DNA from: an uncultured Planctomycetaceae bacterium
GTDB taxonomy: Bacteria; Planctomycetota; Planctomycetia; Planctomycetales; Planctomycetaceae
Direction of reading: 5' to 3'
Assembly (NCBI GenBank): GCA_963815195.1
Contig: CAWFGE010000023.1
Coordinates: 1 to 64,000 of the forward strand
DNA length: 64,000 nucleotides
Under the pieces are notes generated by a model. That model searched no databases and was not told the DNA's origin. It was given only the letters and a program-made list of their open reading frames with translations. Below, in pieces: positions 58,301 to 64,000 of this stretch (position 1 is its first letter; each line of letters opens with the position of its first letter). A program made the position numbers and the translations under genes.

Positions 58301-58666
58301 GAAGACATCGGTCCGCGGGGGCAAAACGCCGTGGCCGGCCATGTACGCGCCCGCTTTGACGTGCACCAACGTCGCCGTTTCGCCGATCTGCGTGCAGGCG
58401 AAGAGCACCGCCAACAGCACGACCGCGAACCGCAGCATGAAATCGTTCCGGAGCGCCTCGTCTTCGATGATTTCCGGCGTCAGCTCGATTTGCTGGGGAA
58501 GCTCCTCCGCCGGGGCGTTCTCGGCCGGTTTTTCCTCGCCGCTGGAAGGTTGATCCGCGGCGGATTCCTCGGCGGCCGGCTGATCCCCGGTCGTCGGTGT
58601 TTTCTCATCCTCCGTTTCCTCCGCGGATTGCATCGGGGAACCGGCGGAAGTATCGGAAGAGGTCAT
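55325..58666 (-). CDS. Polytopic membrane protein (GT-C-like) fused to C-terminal TPRs; two compensating frameshifts near 56420 and 56030
   Basis: About 11-13 hydrophobic segments; PRTDVFT...WVNLSWLFD, WCNMD, FIDTR. The real TPR segment (AYNQAIVADPDNAGLHRGLG) lies in the alternative frame. Confidence 0.7.
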   Translation of the reverse strand: MTSSDTSAGSPMQSAEETEDEKTPTTGDQPAAEESAADQPSSGEEKPAENAPAEELPQQIELTPEIIEDEALRNDFMLRFAVVLLAVLFACTQIGETATLVHVKAGAYMAGHGVLPPRTDVFTHTAAKQPWVNLSWLFDLFAAGVYAAGGAIALTIVKALIAGATFFLLLKAVKRPVPSWWASICAALALIVCAGQLTFEPQLITLLGLALTLWIIFRWQPADSPASLWPLVPVFLVWCNMDPRAFFGLIVLILLALGEGLGLFAGRCFQSDEAKRRQLWLMVPVSIGVFFINPFFWHSLISPASLYGREYPAWRELMELAGGSLHSYLPLTAAAFWQNLTLPVITALVLAATVPVTFALNWRNIAPAQGLLFLGMAGLGLANSHDLTAASLVFAALAALNAQEWYAESFRQGYSVELSERVFSVGGRAVTALAFFGLAFLAVSGRLLGPGSNRLGFGFRPSLANLIEGIREDLNETEVPGNGFNFSIRQGDVLIWLDRKPFIDTRLNVFTQDGADSVFARYRRFAEALSPLAVQRDETQKAFQARRLARAELLEKSKKQFEEYEITHAVVSLGPDVPQYGVLFNLFRYSDWRPIRLGPMAAWFYRYNPEKSGLNDRTYLAEHGLDFFELAFRTEEKTGEKADAESPGYFPRPPGWTDELFASPSRQTNPPDALLAWHYTVLINDYLLPERSTLTFRNPGDVQALEIINQTGLAMGNLAIRHAHKALEKNPNSTLAYRALAECCLRLVLWNRRPASYTASRWEIPSGGCCKRLPLTTRRSSPTPTMPACTAVWARSTRIPIGTTWPSASSSDSWNSRKCRTKTISKPRKPTNADCESSRTSKTRSNRFRRRSTRRPRTKPLRSNSPTWPKRAAACSWRSKLLETADESQLSNPLVSMIQAGLELEAGEIEEAYQSLGRLEGVMKEQGAAGSSAQGKDLIAMSALVVGEYERAIDLWSTEADEMMEAMMFATLGTLPMAERPIDPPLFRRVGDDWASANWQMGYVLTQQLPQMADGPLFNAALSDLERGRPKKAAERLKRLLDINPESIYRPLAALYIGHATGESVDLLPPSAFIPTWPGMFAPDPAEKPQKPEPPKPNETQQPNTTEKQPRGK

Positions 58667-58850
58667 GGCATCGTCTGACTGGCGAGAAACAGTCTCATCG
58701 TGCGGAGCAATCACGGGAGAACTCTGACTCCTGCGCGTTAGGATGTAAGATGGGTCGTCGAACGGGAAAGGCTCAGGTTTCCATCATACTGGAACGGCAA
58801 CCCCGTTGCCCAACCCAATGAGGGGTTCGGTTTTCAGTTTTTCGGTGTTT

Positions 58851-58922
58851 AGCCGCGAAGCGGAGGGCGCCTGGAAGCGAACCGTTTCCCCAGAAATCCG
58901 TTGCTGTCGCCGCTACGCGGCT
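58851..58922. repeat. REP-like inverted pair between divergent genes
   Basis: agccgcgaagcgg ... ccgctacgcggct. Confidence 0.6.
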
Positions 58923-59005
58923 GAGGAATAAAAAAAACGCTTACTTCGTGCGGCCCTCAAGATATAAACATCATTTTCCGAGTATTTGGGAACGGATGAA
59001 TTTCC

Positions 59006-60187
59006 ATGATGACCAGTCGATCAAACCTTCCCGCGCTTTTGGGTGGAGACGCCGTTCGTCCGCAGGGGCCGCCCGCTTGGCCGCCGGAGCGGGCGGATGT
59101 GCGTGCGGCCGTGGAGGCTGCGCTCGCGGATGGCAGTTGGGGACTCTACGACGGACCGCACACCAAGGCCCTCGAACAGCAATTGGCGGCGGATCATCAC
59201 TCCGAGCATGTCGTGCTGTGTTCCAGCGGCACGGTCGCCGTGGAACTCACTCTCCGGGGCGTGCCGGTGGGAAGCGACGACGAGGTGATCCTCGCCGATT
59301 ATGATTTCTCGGGGAACATGCAAAACATATTGGCGCTGGGTGCCAGGCCGGTGCTCGTCGATATCGATCCCCAGACCGGCACGCTCGACCCGATGGATTT
59401 TTCTAAAGCGATCACCCCGCAAACCAAAGCCGTGCTGGTGTCCCATCTCCACGGCGGGATGGCGAACTTGCCCGCGATTTTGGAAATGGCGCATCGGCAT
59501 TCGATCGCGGTGATTGAAGACGCCTGCCAGATGCCGGGGGCGAAACGGAACCATCGCTTGGCGGGAAGTTTTGGCGATGTTGGCGTGTTGAGCTTCGGCG
59601 GCAGCAAACTCGTCACCGCCGGGCGCGGCGGAGCGCTCATCACCAAGGACGCGGGCATCGCCCAGCGAATCCGGTTGTATCGCCTCCGCGGGAACAACGC
59701 CTATCCGCTTTCGGAACTCCAAGCCGCCGCGATTCTCCCGCAATGGCAGCGGTTGGAAATCGATAACGAAACCCGCACTTTGGCCGTGGACTCGTTAGTT
59801 GAACAACTGCCGAAAGACGGCGGCCTCGCCCCGTTTCAAAACCCGCCCGGCGACTTGCAGCCGGCGTTTTACAAACTGGGATTCTGGTACTCGCAGGAAT
59901 TCTTTGAAGGCCTGTCGCGCGAGACGTTTGCGCGGGCGATGCGGGCGGAGGGGCTTGCCCTCGATCCCGGTTTTCGGGCCTTGCATTTGACGCACAGCAA
60001 GCGCCGGTATCGATCCGTCGGCGATCTTCTCCACGCAACCCGCGCGGATGCCGAAGTCCTCACGCTGCATCATCCGATGTTATTGGAAGGCGAACCTGGC
60101 GTTGCCGAGTTCTTATCGGCCCTCGAAAAAATCCGCCAACACGCGAAGTCATTGCGCGAGTGGGAAGTGCAATCAGCCCCGGGATAG
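59006..60187 (+). CDS. DegT/DnrJ/EryC1/StrS sugar aminotransferase
   Basis: SSGTVA, IEDACQ, SFGGSKLVTAGRGG. Confidence 0.9.
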   Translation: MMTSRSNLPALLGGDAVRPQGPPAWPPERADVRAAVEAALADGSWGLYDGPHTKALEQQLAADHHSEHVVLCSSGTVAVELTLRGVPVGSDDEVILADYDFSGNMQNILALGARPVLVDIDPQTGTLDPMDFSKAITPQTKAVLVSHLHGGMANLPAILEMAHRHSIAVIEDACQMPGAKRNHRLAGSFGDVGVLSFGGSKLVTAGRGGALITKDAGIAQRIRLYRLRGNNAYPLSELQAAAILPQWQRLEIDNETRTLAVDSLVEQLPKDGGLAPFQNPPGDLQPAFYKLGFWYSQEFFEGLSRETFARAMRAEGLALDPGFRALHLTHSKRRYRSVGDLLHATRADAEVLTLHHPMLLEGEPGVAEFLSALEKIRQHAKSLREWEVQSAPG

Positions 60188-60202
60188 CGCCGTGCCGCTC
60201 AC
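60185..60202. repeat. Single REP arm overlapping the DegT stop codon
   Basis: tagcgccgtgccgctcac is the exact reverse complement of 55245-55262. Confidence 0.75.
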
Positions 60203-60223
60203 AGAATACGAACCGTTGCGGCA

Positions 60224-62002
60224 TCAGTTTGCGTTGGGCGTGCCGGGAGCGGTTTTGGCCGCCAGGCGGTGCGGGGTGAGTTTCACGAGCACCAGATCGC
60301 CTTCGAGGGGTTCCTGGTCGTGTTGGCCTTTGGGTAGTCGGGCCAGGGAGCGAGCTTCGCCGAGGGTTTGCAGTTCCCGCACAAAATGCGCGTAGCCCAG
60401 GACGTAAAGCCGGCCCTCTTCTTCCAAAGTCTGCCGGATCGAAGCCGGCGTTTCGCGGCGGAACACGGGCGACCCCAGGTGGTACACAATCGGGTCGAGT
60501 TCCATGCGATACACGCACACGGGCCGATTCGGCACGACCTCCTCGCGAATCTCCGCCGCGAACTCCTGGACCCTCATCCGGCGGTCGCAGTGCGGAAGAA
60601 TCCAGCCCGCGACCACCACGCCTCCGACCACGATCGTCAACACGTTGAGTGCCATCGCGGGAAATACCCGGCGGGAGTTGAGCAAAATCCAGCCCGCTCC
60701 CTCGGCGAACGTCAGGAGCACCGCCAGGATCACCGCGGGCCCCGTGAGTGCCGGCCATTGTTTCGCCATCGCCGCAACGAGAACCGCGCCCAATGCGAGA
60801 TTCATCCCGATCAACAGCCCGATCCAGTTCCAAGGCAGCCGCCAGCGGCCTTCCCGGAACTTGTGCAAAGACTCGGAAAGGCTCCGGGCCGCGAGCAGGG
60901 TCAACATCGGCATCATGGCCAGCAGATAATGCTTGTGCTTGCTGACGGAGAGCATCACGATGACCAACTGCGTCAAACACCACACCCAGAGAAACCGCTC
61001 CTTCGGGTCTTTTTCTTTCCAAGCGGCGCGCCAACTTCGGCGGACGGATGCGAACGCGAACAGCGTCCAGGGCATGGGCATCCACAGAAAAAACGGCAGG
61101 TAATACAACAGCGGATGCGATCCCATCTCGCCGAACGCCCGGCCGACCGTCTCCCGCCGCCAGATTTCCCAGGCGTCGGGCACATGCCGGAGCACCAACA
61201 TCGGCCACGCAAGGGCGGCCGCCAAAAAGCAAACCCAGCCCAGCGGGTGCACAAACTTTTTGAGCTGATCCCAGCGGCGTTCGATGAGCACAAACACCGC
61301 AGCGGGTGCGAGGACCATCGTCGGCCCGTAATGAAACTTCGCCAGCCACGCCAGCGAAAGCAATCCGTAAACCGCCAGCCAGCGAAAGAACGACCGCCGG
61401 GAAGATTCGCCCAGCGGCTCGTCGGCGATGAGGAACAGGGCGGTCGTCGTGAACAGGCACAAGGCCATGTCGATCTCGGCTTTGCGGGCGAAGATCACAA
61501 ACCAGGCTGAAGTCAGTTGCACAAACGCCGCCGCCCAGCCCACGCGCGGCCCGTACCAGCGCCAGGCCCATACGCCCATCAAACCCGCCAACAACAGCCC
61601 CGCGAACGCCGACGGCAGCCGGGCCGAGAGCGGCGAAAGTCCGCCGAGCATCCGGGCGGAGCCGGCTACAATCCAATAGGCGAGAGGCGGTTTTCGCAGG
61701 CGCTCGAGGCCGCCGAACTTGGGCAGGATCCAATCGCCGGTTTCGAGCATTTCCCGCGCGGGGACGACGGCGTAGACTTCGTGCGAGCTGAACGTGCGAA
61801 ACGATCCCAGCCGATAAAACAGCACCATCCCCGCCACGACGACGAACCCCGCCAAGGCCCACCGCCAGGAGCAAATCCGCCCCGGTTCCGGCGGTCGCGC
61901 GGACGCGGACGGTTCCCTATCGATTGACGCCCGCCGGCGCGATGAGGCCCGCGGAAGGGTGATTCTCATTCTCGCATCCCTGCGAAAGACGGGTTCATCC
62001 AA
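60224..62002 (-). CDS. ArnT/PMT-family (GT83/GT39-like) glycosyltransferase
   Basis: HEVYAVVPAREMLETGDW, KPPLAYW, ARLPS, KHKHYLL; many TM segments. Confidence 0.9.
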   Translation of the reverse strand: MDEPVFRRDARMRITLPRASSRRRASIDREPSASARPPEPGRICSWRWALAGFVVVAGMVLFYRLGSFRTFSSHEVYAVVPAREMLETGDWILPKFGGLERLRKPPLAYWIVAGSARMLGGLSPLSARLPSAFAGLLLAGLMGVWAWRWYGPRVGWAAAFVQLTSAWFVIFARKAEIDMALCLFTTTALFLIADEPLGESSRRSFFRWLAVYGLLSLAWLAKFHYGPTMVLAPAAVFVLIERRWDQLKKFVHPLGWVCFLAAALAWPMLVLRHVPDAWEIWRRETVGRAFGEMGSHPLLYYLPFFLWMPMPWTLFAFASVRRSWRAAWKEKDPKERFLWVWCLTQLVIVMLSVSKHKHYLLAMMPMLTLLAARSLSESLHKFREGRWRLPWNWIGLLIGMNLALGAVLVAAMAKQWPALTGPAVILAVLLTFAEGAGWILLNSRRVFPAMALNVLTIVVGGVVVAGWILPHCDRRMRVQEFAAEIREEVVPNRPVCVYRMELDPIVYHLGSPVFRRETPASIRQTLEEEGRLYVLGYAHFVRELQTLGEARSLARLPKGQHDQEPLEGDLVLVKLTPHRLAAKTAPGTPNAN

Positions 62003-62360
62003 TGGTCAGCGTGAGGCAGGCCGGTTCGCCGTGGTCTAGTCTCACAATCCACAGACCGCCGCGATGATCGCTGCGTTCGCAGTGCGAAACGTCATGCCCA
62101 CCTCCGCTTTATGAAATCGCGGAGTTTTTAGTGCAAACTTGCTAACGACTCAAGGGCAAATGAGACGGGAAGGAAAGACGGGAAGGCAGGGAAAGATGGT
62201 AAGACGAAGCCCGGTAACGTTCCCGCTAGCGGAGCAATTCGGGTTCGGCCTGCCCTGACGGAACTGCCGATCAGGTTGGAAAAATCGCGAGATCCGGGTG
62301 CGCTTTTTGACGTTGCCCTGAACCAGACGGTCCCCATGTCTGGTTTGAGGAAGCCGGGTC

Positions 62361-63495
62361 ATGTTTCTGCCCATCGGCACCGATGCGCCCATTTATTATC
62401 GCCCCTTCGTCACCTCGGCGATTATCGTGGCCAACATCGTCGCGTTTGTCAAAACTGGCGGCGGCGAAATGGCCGAGGGCTGGCTGCTCAGTTTCGGGCG
62501 CGGCTTGCATCCAGGCGAATGGCTCGCTTCGGCCTTTCTGCACTTCGGCATCGCGCATCTTGTCGGCAATATGGTGTTTCTCTTCATCTTCGGCCTGGTG
62601 ATCGAAGGGAAAGTCGGCCCGCTACGGTTCGCGTTGCTGTACGTCGCATTGTGCCTCATGGACGGCTTCGCCGGCCAATTTCTGATGCTGAACTACACCG
62701 GCGAGTCGCTGGGAGCCGGCGGAGCTTCCGGCGTCATCTTTGCCATGCTCGTCATCGCCTGGCTTTGGGCGCCGCAAAACTGCATCGAGTTTGTGTTCAT
62801 CTTCCGCTACCACTGGATCAATACGTTCGAGCTGACCCTGCAAACGGTGGCTCTGTATTACCTCGGCACGAATATCCTCTTCGCCTGGGCGATCGGATTT
62901 GAAGTGAGCACGCCCGTGCTGCATCTGCTCGGAGCGGGCGTGGGATTGGGGGCCGGGCTGTGGATGCTCAAAAAGAAGTGGGTCGATTGCGAAGGCTGGG
63001 ACTTGCTTTCGCTGCGCGGCGGTGACTGTCCGCGGCAGGAATCGATGGACGCGCTGCCGACTCGCGCGACTCCCGAAGCGGCATCCGATCGGCCCGATCT
63101 CCGAAGGCGTCTGCGGGAGGTGGAAACCGCTGTCAGCGAAGGCCGATTTGACGAAGCCTGGGAATCGTACTCGGCCCTCCGGCATTCGCAACATCTCCCT
63201 AAGGATTTGCTGGAAAGGCTCCTTAAAGGTGTCGTGCGTGCGGGGAACTGGAGGGCCGCGGCCGAGTTGCTGCGGGAGTTTTTGGAGCGATTTGACGAAG
63301 AGACCGTTCGCCGCCGGCTCGCGCTTGCGTCCCTCTTGACCCGCCACCTCGAACGTCCGCGCGGCACTCAAGGTGCTCGAGGAAATCCAGCGATGGAGAT
63401 TGGAACCGCGGGACGCAGAGCGTTTTGAGCAAATTCAGGCCGAAGCGTGCCGGCGAATCGCGGACGGGGTGCTGGAACTCGGGGACTCCACCTGA
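62361..63495 (+). CDS. Rhomboid intramembrane serine protease with a C-terminal helical domain (frameshift near 63365)
   Basis: FLHFGIAHLVGNM, GASG, HLLGA. Confidence 0.9.
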
Positions 63496-63557
63496 TCGCA
63501 AACGCGAACCGGATTCATCGGAAGAGCTCAGCCGGCTGACGCCGACCGCTCGCCGGG

Positions 63558-64000
63558 TTAGACGCGAAGGCGTCTCCAAGCGAAAACGCCGAGGAACAAT
63601 AATATCCCCGCGAAGGTGACGACCGGGAAAATCCAGCCGAACCAAAGTTCCTCGGGCGCCGGCGGCGGCGCTTCGTTCCAGCGCACGTTTTTGACGGGTG
63701 CCGGAGGCGAATCCAGGTTGGCCGAGCCCGCGTACAGGAAGCGGGGCGTCTCCACGGAGTTGGGCGGCGGCAACGGCGGCGCGGGCGTGGTCATCAGCGA
63801 GGGATCCGTCATCGCCAGTTCGACCGGGGGCAACGCGGATTCCTCCGCAGCCGGCGGAGCCAGCGGCAAGTCGGGAAGCGGCGGGTCGGCCGGCGGATTG
63901 AGCTGCCCCTCCACCGTCACCGTCGCCCCCTGATTGGCACTCACCCGCCGGGCATCGACTTTGAACGTTCGGCGGTGCCTTTGGCCGGGAGCAATCCGAG
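63558..64000 (-). CDS. C-terminal part of a proline-rich, C-terminally anchored protein (partial)
   Basis: Pro-rich linker, then WIFPVVTFAGILLFLGVFAWRRLRV. Confidence 0.65.
   Translation of the reverse strand, partial: RIAPGQRHRRTFKVDARRVSANQGATVTVEGQLNPPADPPLPDLPLAPPAAEESALPPVELAMTDPSLMTTPAPPLPPPNSVETPRFLYAGSANLDSPPAPVKNVRWNEAPPPAPEELWFGWIFPVVTFAGILLFLGVFAWRRLRV

Overview
GC-rich bacterial DNA, very likely Planctomycetota (TIGR03067/WD40, DUF1080, DUF11, paired vWA proteins, sulfatase, planctomycete-type REP palindromes). Bases 1-~7290 are the end of a genomic island integrated at the 3' end of tRNA-Leu(CAG), with a tyrosine integrase and an excisionase-like HTH gene. The island is nested: an IS21 element interrupts an island gene, and the IS21 istB gene is itself cut at its Walker A codons by an element encoding a large serine recombinase and two small ORFs. 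The first small ORF is open to the junction without a start codon, so it may only be completed on the excised circle. The rest is mostly core chromosome (kdsD plus a giant LptA-like protein, hrpA, alaS, FKBP, envelope glycosylation genes) carrying many REP-like palindromes. Accessory inserts include an AT-richer candidate HEPN gene and a 455-bp direct duplication (hrpA leader + IS3 relic + REPIN) bracketing an 806-bp foreign fragment. About 14 genes show single-base frameshifts, most consistent with long-read indel errors, so starts and ends of those genes are approximate. All family assignments come from motif recognition by eye, not database searches.
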